A stretch of 64,000 nucleotides of DNA. Source: Thalia democratica. Its lineage: Eukaryota. Location of the stretch: assembly GCA_965202585.1 (NCBI GenBank), contig OZ241831.1:49910001-49974000 (forward strand), given 5' to 3'. How positions within the stretch are numbered: the first letter of the stretch is position 1; every line of letters starts with the position of its first letter. Under the pieces are notes generated by a model that worked only from the letters and a program-made list of their open reading frames with translations, made no database searches and was not told the origin of the DNA. Of the stretch, positions 22,019-32,924 are shown in pieces. A program made the translations under genes and the position numbers.

Positions 22019-23113
22019 GTGGCCAAGTCGCATTGTCTATTGATTTTATGTTGCTATAGAAATTCATTAGAACTCATAAGAAATCAATGCGTTTCGACAC
22101 TGTTTCGAGGTCGTATGTTCATCGTTTTCATAAACGCCTCTTGTTTTCTTATCGAAGTAGCTATGCCGAAGCTAGTATATATACGCGTCAGTTCGGTTGG
22201 AAGTGTGAATTTGTGTGCAAAAAGTCCAGAGAAAGAGAGCTCATATATTCGAAAAGAAGAGAATTATGCAAATTTTCGGACACAATTTTTTAATGATTTT
22301 GAGTCTACACCTGAAAGAGTTAGTGAAATCGACTGCGCAGAAACGAGTTTCACCGAAGGGAGTTTCTTCGACAAAGCGGCGTCCGGATTGGTTGAAATAG
22401 AGCGGGAGTGGGGCAGGCGACGGGCGTTCAAGAGGTACCTCGAGTCGCTGCTGATCCAGTGCGAGAAACTGAACAACGTCAGAAAGCACCACGAGAAGTA
22501 CATTGCCGAGCAGAAGAATTTCAAGCAGTTTTGCCGCGGCGTGGCGCTGAAGGAAGAGCACAATCGAATGCAGAAAAACGCTTGGGAGTGGGTTTGCAGG
22601 AAGGAGGGGGAAGCCAAGCTGGAGAACGTGTTCATCGGGTACTTTTCGTTTTTTCGAAAAATTTTCTTCGTGCAGAGCAGCTTGAGAGAAGAAGACAGGA
22701 TCGCGCCCAATGGTTATTCTGTGCAGATCAACAACGAGTTAGACGCGGCTTCGGAAGCGTTTAAAAAGTTCAGTTCGGAAAACGAGTTCTTTTTAAACCA
22801 CGCCGCCATCAAGCCGAACTTTTTAGTGGACGAGCTGCTGGGTTATGAGATAAACGCCGGCAACGTACGCAACTTTTTCAACCACCGTATGGCGAACGTG
22901 AGCAACTATTCACCCGACTACGAGTTCGACGTTCGAAACATGGTCCGTTTCGTCAACGGGGAGAGCAGAATGAAGTCCATGGTGCCTGAGGTGCAGCGGG
23001 TGAGCAGGAAGCTCGCTGCAGGTAACCACTGCAAAATTTGCTTGAGTGAAGCAGAACAGGAGTTGAATTTGCTGAACAGCAAATACGACTTTGAAAACAT
23101 TAAGTTGAATTAA
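22019..23113 (+). CDS. U6, near-copy of U1
   Basis: ORF track 364 aa. Confidence 0.6.
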   Translation: MAKSHCLLILCCYRNSLELIRNQCVSTLFRGRMFIVFINASCFLIEVAMPKLVYIRVSSVGSVNLCAKSPEKESSYIRKEENYANFRTQFFNDFESTPERVSEIDCAETSFTEGSFFDKAASGLVEIEREWGRRRAFKRYLESLLIQCEKLNNVRKHHEKYIAEQKNFKQFCRGVALKEEHNRMQKNAWEWVCRKEGEAKLENVFIGYFSFFRKIFFVQSSLREEDRIAPNGYSVQINNELDAASEAFKKFSSENEFFLNHAAIKPNFLVDELLGYEINAGNVRNFFNHRMANVSNYSPDYEFDVRNMVRFVNGESRMKSMVPEVQRVSRKLAAGNHCKICLSEAEQELNLLNSKYDFENIKLN

Positions 23114-23210
23114 AACAATAACTTTCAAAGTTTTTTTTATTTAATTAATAACTAAATTTCATCAATGATAAGCTAAGTAAGTATTTAGATTTTTGCAATA
23201 AGAACTTATC

Positions 23211-24311
23211 ATGCGCAAAGTCGCCAAGTCGCATTGTCTATTGATTTTATGTTGCTATAGAAATTCATTAGAACTCATAAGAAATCAATGCGTTTCGACA
23301 CTGTTTCGAGGTCGTATGTTCATCGTTTTCATAAACGCCTCTTGTTTTCTTATCGAAGTAGCTATGCCGAAGCTCGTATATATACGCGTCAGTTCGGTTG
23401 GAAGTGTGAATTTGTGTGCAAAAAGTCCAGAGAAAGAGAGCTCATATATTTGAAAAGAAGAGAATTATGCAAATTTTCGGACACAATTTTTTAATGATTT
23501 TGAGTCTACACCTGAAAGAGTTAGTGAAATCGACTCCGTTGAAACGAGTTTCATCGAAGGGAGTTTCTTCGACAAAGCGGCGTCCGGATTGGTTGAAATA
23601 GAGCGCGAATGGGGCACCTTCACGTTCAAGAGGCACCTCGAGTCGCTGCTGTTCCAGTGCGAGAAACTGAACAACGTCAGAAAGCACCACGGAAAGTACA
23701 TCGCCGAGCAGAAAAAGTTCAAGCAGTTTTGCCGCGGCGTGGCGCTGAAGGGAGAGCACAATCGAATGCAGAAAGTCGCTTGGGAGTGGGTTTGCAGGAA
23801 GGAGGGGGAAGCCAGGCTCGAGAACGTGTTCATCGGGTACTTTTCGTTTTTTCGAAAAATTTTCTTCGTGCAGAGCAGCTTGAGAGAAGAAGACAGGATT
23901 GCGCCCAATGGTTATTCTGTGAAGATCAACAACGAGTAGGACGCGGCTTCGGAAGCGTTTAAAAAGTTCAGTTCGGACAACGAGCTCTGTTTAAACGACG
24001 CCGCCATCAAGCCGAACTTTTTAGTGGACGAACTGCTGGGTTATGAGATAAACGCCGGCAACGTACGCAACTTTTTCAACCACCGTGTGGCGAACGTGAG
24101 CAACTATTCACCCGACTACGAGTTCGACGTTCGAAACATGGTCCGTTTCGTCAACGGGGAGAGCAGAATGAAGTCCATGGTGCCTGAGGTGCAGCGAGTG
24201 AGCAGGAAGCTCGCTGCAGGTAACCACTGCAAAATTTGCTTGAGTGAAGCAGAACAGGAGTTGAACTTACTGAACAGCAAATACGACTTTGAAAACATTA
24301 AGTTGAATTAA
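23211..24311 (+). pseudogene. U7, near-copy of U2 (TGA 23451, TAG 23937)
   Basis: Same lesions as U2. Confidence 0.85.
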
Positions 24312-24418
24312 AACAATAACTTTCAAAGTTATTTTTATTTAATTAATAACTAAATTTCATCAATGATAAGCTAAGTAAGTATTTAGATTTTCGCAATAAG
24401 AACTTATCATGCGCCAAG

Positions 24419-25513
24419 GTGGCCAAGTCGCATTGTCTATTGATTTTATGTTGCTATAGAAATTCATTAGAACTCATAAGAAATCAATGCGTTTCGACAC
24501 TGTTTCGAGGTCGTATGTTCATCGTTTTCATAAACGCCTCTTGTTTTCTTATTGAAGCAGCTATGCCGAAGCTAGTATATATACGCGTCAGTTCGGTTGG
24601 AAGTGTGAATTTGTGTGCAAAAAGTCCAGAGAAAGAGAGCTCATATATTCGAAAAGAAGAGAATTTTGCAAATTTTCGGACACAATTTTTTAATGATTTT
24701 GAGTCTACACCTGAAAGAGTTAGTGAAATCGACTGCGCAGAAACGAGTTTCACCGAAGGGAGTTTCTTCGACAAAGCGGCGTCCGGATTGGTTGAAATAG
24801 AGCGGGAGTGGGGCAGGCGACGGGCGTTCAAGAGGTACCTCGAGTCGCTGCTGGTTCAGTGCGAGAAACTGAACAACGTCAGAAAGCACCACGAAAAGTA
24901 CATCGCCGAGCAGAAGAATTTCAAGCATTTTTGCCGCGGCGTGGCGCTGAAGGAAGAGCACAACCGAATGCAGAAAGTCGCTTGGGAGTGGGTTTGCAGG
25001 AAGGAGGGGGAAGCCAAGCTGGAGAACGTGTTCATCGGGTATTTTTCGTTTTTTCGAAAAATTTTCTTCGTGCGAAGCAGCTTGAGAGAAGAAGACAGGA
25101 TCGCGCCCAATGGTTATTCTGTGCAGATCAACAACGAGTTAGACGCGGCTTCGGAAGCGTTCAAAAAGTTCAGTTCGGACAACGAGTTCTTTTTGAACAA
25201 CGCCGCCATCAAGCCGAACTTTTTAGTGGACGAGCTGCTTGGTTATGAGATAAACGCCGGCAACGTACGCAACTTTTTCAACCACCGTGTTGCGCACGTG
25301 AGCAGCTATTCACCCGACTACGAGTTCGACGTTCGAAACATGGTCCGTTTCGTCAACGGGGAGAGCGGAATGAAGTCCATGGTGCCTGAGGTGCAGCGGG
25401 TGAGCAGGAAGCTCGCTGCAGGTAACAACTGCAAAATTTGCTTGAGTGAAGCAGAACGAGATTTGAACTTGCTGAACAACAAATACGACTTTGAAAACAT
25501 TAAGTTGAATTAA
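24419..25513 (+). CDS. U8, open from GTG or internal ATG (VNTR -17)
   Basis: ORF track 364 aa. Confidence 0.6.
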   Translation: MAKSHCLLILCCYRNSLELIRNQCVSTLFRGRMFIVFINASCFLIEAAMPKLVYIRVSSVGSVNLCAKSPEKESSYIRKEENFANFRTQFFNDFESTPERVSEIDCAETSFTEGSFFDKAASGLVEIEREWGRRRAFKRYLESLLVQCEKLNNVRKHHEKYIAEQKNFKHFCRGVALKEEHNRMQKVAWEWVCRKEGEAKLENVFIGYFSFFRKIFFVRSSLREEDRIAPNGYSVQINNELDAASEAFKKFSSDNEFFLNNAAIKPNFLVDELLGYEINAGNVRNFFNHRVAHVSSYSPDYEFDVRNMVRFVNGESGMKSMVPEVQRVSRKLAAGNNCKICLSEAERDLNLLNNKYDFENIKLN

Positions 25514-25611
25514 AACAATAACTTTCAAAGTTTTTTTTTATTTAATTAATAACTAAATTTCATCAATGATAAGCTAAGTAAGTATTTAGATTTTTGCAAT
25601 AAGAACTTATC

Positions 25612-26733
25612 ATGCGCCAAGGTGGCCAAGTGCGCCAAGTCGCCAAGTCGCATTGTCTATTGATTTTATGTTGCTATAGAAATTCATTAGAACTCATAAG
25701 AAATCAATGCGTTTCGACACTGTTTCGAGGTCGTATGTTCATCGTTTTCATAAACGCCTCTTGTTTTCTTATCGAAGCAGCTATGCCGAAGCTAGTATAT
25801 ATACGCGTCAGTTCGGTTGGAAGTGTGAATTTGTGTGCAAAAAGTCCAGAGAAAGAGAGCTCATATATTCGAAAAGAAGAGAATTATGCAAATTTTCGGA
25901 CACAATTTTTTAATGATTTTGAGTCTACACCTGAAAGAGTTAGTGAAATCGACTGCGCAGAAACGAGTTTCACCGAAGGGAGTTTCTTCGACAAAGCGGC
26001 GTCCGGATTGGTTGAAATAGAGCGGGAGTGGGGCAGGCGACGGGCGTTCAAGAGGTACCTCGAGTCGCTGCTGGTTCAGTGCGAGAAACTGAACAACGTC
26101 AGAAAGCACCACGAAAAGTACATCGCCGAGCAGAAGAATTTCAAGCATTTTTGCCGCGGCGTGGCGCTGAAGGAAGAGCACAACCGAATGCAGAAAGTCG
26201 CTTGGGAGTGGGTTTGCAGGAAGGAGGGGGAAGCCAAGCTGGAGAACGTGTTCATCGGGTATTTTTCGTTTTTTCGAAAAATTTTCTTCGTGCGAAGCAG
26301 CTTGAGAGAAGAAGACAGGATCGCGCCCAATGGTAATTCTGTGAAGATTAACAACGAGTTGGACGCGGCTTCGGAAGCGTTCAAAAAGTTCAGTTCGGAC
26401 AACGAGTTCTTTTTGAACAACGCCGCCATCAAGCCGAACTTTTTAGTGGACGAGCTGCTTGGTTATGAGATAAACGCCGGCAACGTACGCAACTTTTTCA
26501 ACCACCGTGTGGCGAACGTGAGCAACTACTCACCCGACTACGAGTTCGACGTTCGAAACATGGTCCGTTTCGTCAACGGGGAGAGCGGAATGAAGTCCAT
26601 GGTGCCTGAGGTGCAGCGGGTGAGCAGGAAGCTCGCTGCAGGTAACAACTGCAAAATTTGCTTGAGTGAAGCAGAACGAGATTTGAACTTGCTGAACAAC
26701 AAATACGACTTTGAAAACATTAAGTTGAATTAA
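25612..26733 (+). CDS. U9, intact 373 aa
   Basis: Open from ATG to stop. Confidence 0.7.
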   Translation: MRQGGQVRQVAKSHCLLILCCYRNSLELIRNQCVSTLFRGRMFIVFINASCFLIEAAMPKLVYIRVSSVGSVNLCAKSPEKESSYIRKEENYANFRTQFFNDFESTPERVSEIDCAETSFTEGSFFDKAASGLVEIEREWGRRRAFKRYLESLLVQCEKLNNVRKHHEKYIAEQKNFKHFCRGVALKEEHNRMQKVAWEWVCRKEGEAKLENVFIGYFSFFRKIFFVRSSLREEDRIAPNGNSVKINNELDAASEAFKKFSSDNEFFLNNAAIKPNFLVDELLGYEINAGNVRNFFNHRVANVSNYSPDYEFDVRNMVRFVNGESGMKSMVPEVQRVSRKLAAGNNCKICLSEAERDLNLLNNKYDFENIKLN

Positions 26734-26830
26734 AACAATAACTTTCAAAGTTTTTTTTATTTAATTAATAACTAAATTTCATCAATGATAAGCTAAGTAA
26801 GTATTTAGATTTTTGCAATAAGAACTTATC

Positions 26831-27952
26831 ATGCGCCAAGGTGGCCAAGTGCGCCAAGTCGCCAAGTCGCATTGTCTATTGATTTTATGTTGCTATAGAA
26901 ATTCATTAGAACTCATAAGAAATCAATGCGTTTCGACACTGTTTCGAGGTCGTATGTTCATCGTTTTCATAAACGCCTCTTGTTTTCTTATCGAAGTAGC
27001 TATGCCGAAGCTAGTATATATACGCGTCAGTTCGGTTGGAAGTGTGAATTTGTGTGCAAAAAGTCCAGAGAAAGAGAGCTCATATATTCGAAAAGAAGAG
27101 AATTATGCAAATTTTCGGACACAATTTTTGAATGATTTTGAGTCTTCACCTGAAAGAGTTAGTGAAATCGACTGCGCAGAAACGAGTTTCACCGAAGGGA
27201 GTTTCTTTGACAAAGCGGCGTCCGGATTGGTTGAAATAGAGCGGGAGTGGGGCAGGCAACGGGCGTTCAAGAGGTACCTCGAGTCGCTGCTGGTGAAGTG
27301 CGAGAAACTGAACAACGTCAGAAAGCACCACGAAAAGTACATCGCCGAGCAGAAGAATTTCAAGCAGTTTTGCCGCGGCGTGGCGCTGAAGGAAGAGCAC
27401 AACCGAATGCAGAAAGTCGCTTGGGAGTGGGTTTGCAGGAAGGAGGGGGAAGCCAAGCTGAAGAACGTGTTCATCGGGTACTTTTCGTTTTTTCGAAAAA
27501 TTTTCTTCGTGCGAAGCAGCTTGAGAGAAGAAGACAGGATCGCGCCCAATGGTTATTCTGTGCAGATCAACAACGAGTTAGACGCGGCTTCGGAAGCGTT
27601 TAAAAAGTTCAGTTCGGACAACGAGTTCTTTTTGAACAACGCCGCCATCAAGCCGAACTTTTTAGTGGACGAACTGCTAGGTTATGAGATAAACGCCAGC
27701 AACGTGCGCAACTTTTTCAACCACCGTGTGGCGTACGTGAGCAACTATTCACCCGACTACGAGTTCGACGTTCGAAACATGGTCCGTTTCGTCAACGGGA
27801 AGAGCGGAATGAAGTCCATGGTGCCTGAGGTGCAGCGGGTGAGCAGGAAGCTCGCTGCAGGTAACAACTGCAAAATTTGCTTGAGTGAAGCAGAACGAGA
27901 GTTGAACTTGCTGAACAGCAAATACGACTTTGAAAACATTAAGTTGAATTAA
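26831..27952 (+). CDS. U10, intact 373 aa
   Basis: Open from ATG to stop. Confidence 0.7.
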   Translation: MRQGGQVRQVAKSHCLLILCCYRNSLELIRNQCVSTLFRGRMFIVFINASCFLIEVAMPKLVYIRVSSVGSVNLCAKSPEKESSYIRKEENYANFRTQFLNDFESSPERVSEIDCAETSFTEGSFFDKAASGLVEIEREWGRQRAFKRYLESLLVKCEKLNNVRKHHEKYIAEQKNFKQFCRGVALKEEHNRMQKVAWEWVCRKEGEAKLKNVFIGYFSFFRKIFFVRSSLREEDRIAPNGYSVQINNELDAASEAFKKFSSDNEFFLNNAAIKPNFLVDELLGYEINASNVRNFFNHRVAYVSNYSPDYEFDVRNMVRFVNGKSGMKSMVPEVQRVSRKLAAGNNCKICLSEAERELNLLNSKYDFENIKLN

Positions 27953-28172
27953 AACAATAACTTTCAAAGTTTTTTTTATTTAATTAATAACTAAATTTCA
28001 TCAATGATAAGCTAAGTAAGTATTTAGATTTTTGCAATAAGAACTTATCATGCGCCAAGGTGGCCAAGTGCGCCAAGTCGCCAAGTCGCATTGTCTATTG
28101 ATTTTATGTTGATATAGAAATTCATTAGAACTCATAAGAAATCAATGCGTTTCGACACTGTTTCGAGGTCGT

Positions 28173-29171
28173 ATGTTCATCGTTTTCATAAACGCCTCTT
28201 GTTTTCTTATCGAAGTAGCTATGCCGAAGCTAGTATATATACGCGTCAGTTCGGTTGGAAGTGTGAATTTGTGTGCAAAAAGTCCAGAGAAAGAGAGCTC
28301 ATATATTCGAAAAGAAGAGAATTATGCAAATTTTCGGACACAATTTTTTAATGATTTTGAGTCTACACCTGAAAGAGTTAGTGAAATCGACTGCGCAGAA
28401 ACGAGTTTCACCGAAGGGAGTTTCTTCGACAAAGCGGCGTCCGGATTGGTTGAAATAGAGCGGGAGTGGGGCAGGCGACGGGCGTTCAAGAGGTACCTCG
28501 AGTTGCTGCTGGTCCATTGCGAGAAACTGAACAACGTCAGAAAGCACCACGAAAAGTACATCGCCAAGCAGAAGAATTTCAAGCAGTTTTGCCGCGGCGT
28601 GGCGCTGAAGGAAGAGCACAATCGAATGCAGAAAGTCGCTTGGAAGTGGGTTTACAGGAAGGAGGGGGAAGCAAAGCTGGAGAACGTGTTCATCGGGCAC
28701 TTTTCGTTTTTTCGAAAATTTTTCTTCGTGCTGAGCAGCTTGAGAGAAGAAGACAGGATCGCGCCAAATGGTTGTTCTGTGCAGATCAACAACGAGTTAG
28801 ACGCGGCTTCGGAAGCGTTTAAAAAGTTCAGTTCGGACAACGAGTTCTTTTTGAACAACGCCGCCATCAAGCCGAACTTTTTAGTGGACGAACTGCTGGG
28901 TTATGAGATAATCGCCGGAAACGTACGCAACTTTTTCAACCACCGTGTGGCGAACGTGAGCAACTATTCACCCGACTACGAGTTCGACGTTCGAAACATG
29001 GTCCGTTTCGTCAACGGGGAGGGCGGAATGAAGTCCATGGTGCCTGAGGTGCAGCGGGTGAGCAGGAAGCTCGCTGCAGGTAACAAATGCAAAATTTGCT
29101 TGAGTGAAGCAGAACGGGAGTTGAATTTGCTGAACAGCAAATACGACTTTGAAAACATTAAGTTGAATTAA
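28173..29171 (+). CDS. U11, open from internal ATG (332 aa); TGC>TGA in the upstream leader
   Basis: gttgatatag variant. Confidence 0.55.
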   Translation: MFIVFINASCFLIEVAMPKLVYIRVSSVGSVNLCAKSPEKESSYIRKEENYANFRTQFFNDFESTPERVSEIDCAETSFTEGSFFDKAASGLVEIEREWGRRRAFKRYLELLLVHCEKLNNVRKHHEKYIAKQKNFKQFCRGVALKEEHNRMQKVAWKWVYRKEGEAKLENVFIGHFSFFRKFFFVLSSLREEDRIAPNGCSVQINNELDAASEAFKKFSSDNEFFLNNAAIKPNFLVDELLGYEIIAGNVRNFFNHRVANVSNYSPDYEFDVRNMVRFVNGEGGMKSMVPEVQRVSRKLAAGNKCKICLSEAERELNLLNSKYDFENIKLN

Positions 29172-29268
29172 AACAATAACTTTCAAAGTTTTTTTTATTT
29201 AATTAATAACTAAATTTCATCAATGATAAGCTAAGTAAGTATTTAGATTTTTGCAATAAGAACTTATC

Positions 29269-30390
29269 ATGCGCCAAGGTGGCCAAGTGCGCCAAGTCGC
29301 CAAGTCGCATTGTCTATTGATTTTATGTTGCTATAGAAATTCATTAGAACTCATAAGAAATCAATGCGTTTCGACACTGTTTCGAGGTCGTATGTTCATC
29401 GTTTTCATAAACGCCTCTTGTTTTCTTATCGAAGTAGCTATGCCGAAGCTCGTATATATACGCGTCAGTTCGGTTGGAAGTGTGAATTTGTGTGCAAAAA
29501 GTCCAGAGAAAGAGAGCTCATATATTCGAAAAGAAGAGAATTATGCAAATTTTCGGACACAATTTTTGAATGATTTTGAGTCTTCACCTGAAAGAGTTAG
29601 TGAAATCGACTGCGCAGAAACGAGTTTCACCGAAGGGAGTTTCTTTGACAAAGCGGCGTCCGGATTGGTTGAAATAGAGCGGGAGTGGGGCAGGCAACGG
29701 GCGTTCAAGAGGTACCTCGAGTCGCTGCTGGTGAAGTGCGAGAAACTGAACAACGTCAGAAAGCACCACGAAAAGTACATCGCCGAGCAGAAGAATTTCA
29801 AGCAGTTTTGCCGCGGCGTGGCGCTGAAGGAAGAGCACAACCGAATGCAGAAAGTCGCTTGGGAGTAGGTTTGCAGGAAGGAGGGGGAAGCCAAGCTGAA
29901 GAACGTGTTCATCGGGTACTTTTCGTTTTTTCGAAAAATTTTCTTCGTGCGAAGCAGCTTGAGAGAAGAAGACAGGATCGCGCCCAATGGTTATTCTGTG
30001 CAGATCAACAACGAGTTAGACGCGGCTTCGGAAGCGTTTAAAAAGTTCAGTTCGGACAACGAGTTCTTTTTGAACAACGCCGCCATCAAGCCGAACTTTT
30101 TAGTGGACGAACTGCTAGGTTATGAGATAAACGCCAGCAACGTGCGCAACTTTTTCAACCACCGTGTGGCGTACGTGAGCAACTATTCACCCGACTACGA
30201 GTTCGACGTTCGAAACATGGTCCGTTTCGTCAACGGGAAGAGCGGAATGAAGTCCATGGTGCCTGAGGTGCAGCGGGTGAGCAGGAAGCTCGCTGCAGGT
30301 AACAACTGCAAAATTTGCTTGAGTGAAGCAGAACGAGAGTTGAACTTGCTGAACAGCAAATACGACTTTGAAAACATTAAGTTGAATTAA
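29269..30390 (+). pseudogene. U12, copy of U10 with TGG>TAG at 29866
   Basis: Split ORFs. Confidence 0.8.
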
Positions 30391-30610
30391 AACAATAACT
30401 TTCAAAGTTTTTTTTATTTAATTAATAACTAAATTTCATCAATGATAAGCTAAGTAAGTATTTAGATTTTTGCAATAAGAACTTATCATGCGCCAAGGTG
30501 GCCAAGTGCGCCAAGTCGCCAAGTCGCATTGTCTATTGATTTTATGTTGATATAGAAATTCATTAGAACTCATAAGAAATCAATGCGTTTCGACACTGTT
30601 TCGAGGTCGT

Positions 30611-31609
30611 ATGTTCATCGTTTTCATAAACGCCTCTTGTTTTCTTATCGAAGTAGCTATGCCGAAGCTAGTATATATACGCGTCAGTTCGGTTGGAAGT
30701 GTGAATTTGTGTGCAAAAAGTCCAGAGAAAGAGAGCTCATATATTCGAAAAGAAGAGAATTATGCAAATTTTCGGACACAATTTTTTAATGATTTTGAGT
30801 CTACACCTGAAAGAGTTAGTGAAATCGACTGCGCAGAAACGAGTTTCACCGAAGGGAGTTTCTTCGACAAAGCGGCGTCCGGATTGGTTGAAATAGAGCG
30901 GGAGTGGGGCAGGCGACGGGCGTTCAAGAGGTACCTCGAGTTGCTGCTGGTCCATTGCGAGAAACTGAACAACGTCAGAAAGCACCACGAAAAGTACATC
31001 GCCAAGCAGAAGAATTTCAAGCAGTTTTGCCGCGGCGTGGCGCTGAAGGAAGAGCACAATCGAATGCAGAAAGTCGCTTGGAAGTGGGTTTACAGGAAGG
31101 AGGGGGAAGCAAAGCTGGAGAACGTGTTCATCGGGCACTTTTCGTTTTTTCGAAAATTTTTCTTCGTGCTGAGCAGCTTGAGAGAAGAAGACAGGATCGC
31201 GCCAAATGGTTGTTCTGTGCAGATCAACAACGAGTTAGACGCGGCTTCGGAAGCGTTTAAAAAGTTCAGTTCGGACAACGAGTTCTTTTTGAACAACGCC
31301 GCCATCAAGCCGAACTTTTTAGTGGACGAACTGCTGGGTTATGAGATAATCGCCGGAAACGTACGCAACTTTTTCAACCACCGTGTGGCGAACGTGAGCA
31401 ACTATTCACCCGACTACGAGTTCGACGTTCGAAACATGGTCCGTTTCGTCAACGGGGAGGGCGGAATGAAGTCCATGGTGCCTGAGGTGCAGCGGGTGAG
31501 CAGGAAGCTCGCTGCAGGTAACAAATGCAAAATTTGCTTGAGTGAAGCAGAACGGGAGTTGAATTTGCTGAACAGCAAATACGACTTTGAAAACATTAAG
31601 TTGAATTAA
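30611..31609 (+). CDS. U13, copy of U11 (332 aa)
   Basis: Same variants as U11. Confidence 0.55.
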   Translation: MFIVFINASCFLIEVAMPKLVYIRVSSVGSVNLCAKSPEKESSYIRKEENYANFRTQFFNDFESTPERVSEIDCAETSFTEGSFFDKAASGLVEIEREWGRRRAFKRYLELLLVHCEKLNNVRKHHEKYIAKQKNFKQFCRGVALKEEHNRMQKVAWKWVYRKEGEAKLENVFIGHFSFFRKFFFVLSSLREEDRIAPNGCSVQINNELDAASEAFKKFSSDNEFFLNNAAIKPNFLVDELLGYEIIAGNVRNFFNHRVANVSNYSPDYEFDVRNMVRFVNGEGGMKSMVPEVQRVSRKLAAGNKCKICLSEAERELNLLNSKYDFENIKLN

Positions 31610-31801
31610 AACAATAACTTTCAAAGTTTTTTTTATTTAATTAATAACTAAATTTCATCAATGATAAGCTAAGTAAGTATTTAGATTTTTGCAATAAGAA
31701 CTTATCATGCGCCAAGGTGGCCAAGTGCGCCAAGTCGCCAAGTCGCATTGTCTATTGATTTTATGTTGCTATAGAAATTCATTAGAACTCATAAGAAATC
31801 A

Positions 31802-32827
31802 ATGCGTTTGACACTGTTTCGAGGTCGTATGTTCATCGTTTTCATAAACGCCTCTTGTTTTCTTATCGAAGTAGCTATGCCGAAGCTCGTATATATACGC
31901 GTCAGTTCGGTTGGAAGTGTGAATTTGTGTGCAAAAAGTCCAGAGAAAGAGAGCTCATATATTCGAAAAGAAGAGAATTATGCAAATTTTCGGACACAAT
32001 TTTTGAATGATTTTGAGTCTTCACCTGAAAGAGTTAGTGAAATCGACTGCGCAGAAACGAGTTTCACCGAAGGGAGTTTCTTCGACAAAGCGGCGTCCGG
32101 ATTGGTTGAAATAGAGCGGGAGTGGGGCAGGCGACGGGCGTTCAAGAGGTACCTCGAGTCGCTGCTGATCCAATGCGAGAATCTGAACAACGTCAGAAAG
32201 CACCACGAAAAGTACATCGCCGAGCAGAAGAAGTTCAAGCAGTTTTGCCGCGGCGTGGCGCTGAAGGAGGAGCACAATCGAATGCAGAAAGTCGCTTGGG
32301 AGTGGGTTTGCAGGAAGGAGGGGGAAGCCAAGCTGGAGAACGTGTTCATCGGGTACTTTTCGTTTTTTCGAAAAATTTTCTTCGTGCTGAGCAGCTTGAG
32401 AGAAGAAGACAGGATCGCGCCCGATGGTTGTTCTGCGAAGATCAACAACGAGTTGGACGCGGCTTCGGAAGCGTTTAAAAAGTTCAGTTCGGACAACGAG
32501 TTCTTTTTGAACAACGCCGCCATCAAGCCGAACTTTTTAGTGGACGAACTGCTGGGTTATGAGATAAACGCCGGAAACGTACGCAACTTTTTCAACCACC
32601 GTGTGGCGAACGTGAGCAACTATTCACCCGACTACGAGTTCGACGTTCGAAACATGGTCCGTTTCGTCAACGGGGAGGGCGGAATGAAGTCCATGGTGCC
32701 TGAGGTGCAGCGGGTGAGCAGGAAGCTCGCTGCAGGTAACAAATGCAAAATTTGCTTGAGTGAAGCAGAACGGGAGTTGAATTTGCTGAACAGCAAATAC
32801 GACTTTGAAAACATTAAGTTGAATTAA
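31802..32827 (+). CDS. U14, 1-nt deletion in leader (gcgtttgac), open downstream
   Basis: ORF track 341 aa. Confidence 0.55.
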   Translation: MRLTLFRGRMFIVFINASCFLIEVAMPKLVYIRVSSVGSVNLCAKSPEKESSYIRKEENYANFRTQFLNDFESSPERVSEIDCAETSFTEGSFFDKAASGLVEIEREWGRRRAFKRYLESLLIQCENLNNVRKHHEKYIAEQKKFKQFCRGVALKEEHNRMQKVAWEWVCRKEGEAKLENVFIGYFSFFRKIFFVLSSLREEDRIAPDGCSAKINNELDAASEAFKKFSSDNEFFLNNAAIKPNFLVDELLGYEINAGNVRNFFNHRVANVSNYSPDYEFDVRNMVRFVNGEGGMKSMVPEVQRVSRKLAAGNKCKICLSEAERELNLLNSKYDFENIKLN

Positions 32828-32924
32828 AACAATAACTTTCAAAGTTTTTTTTATTTAATTAATAACTAAATTTCATCAATGATAAGCTAAGTAAGTATTT
32901 AGATTTTTGCAATAAGAACTTATC

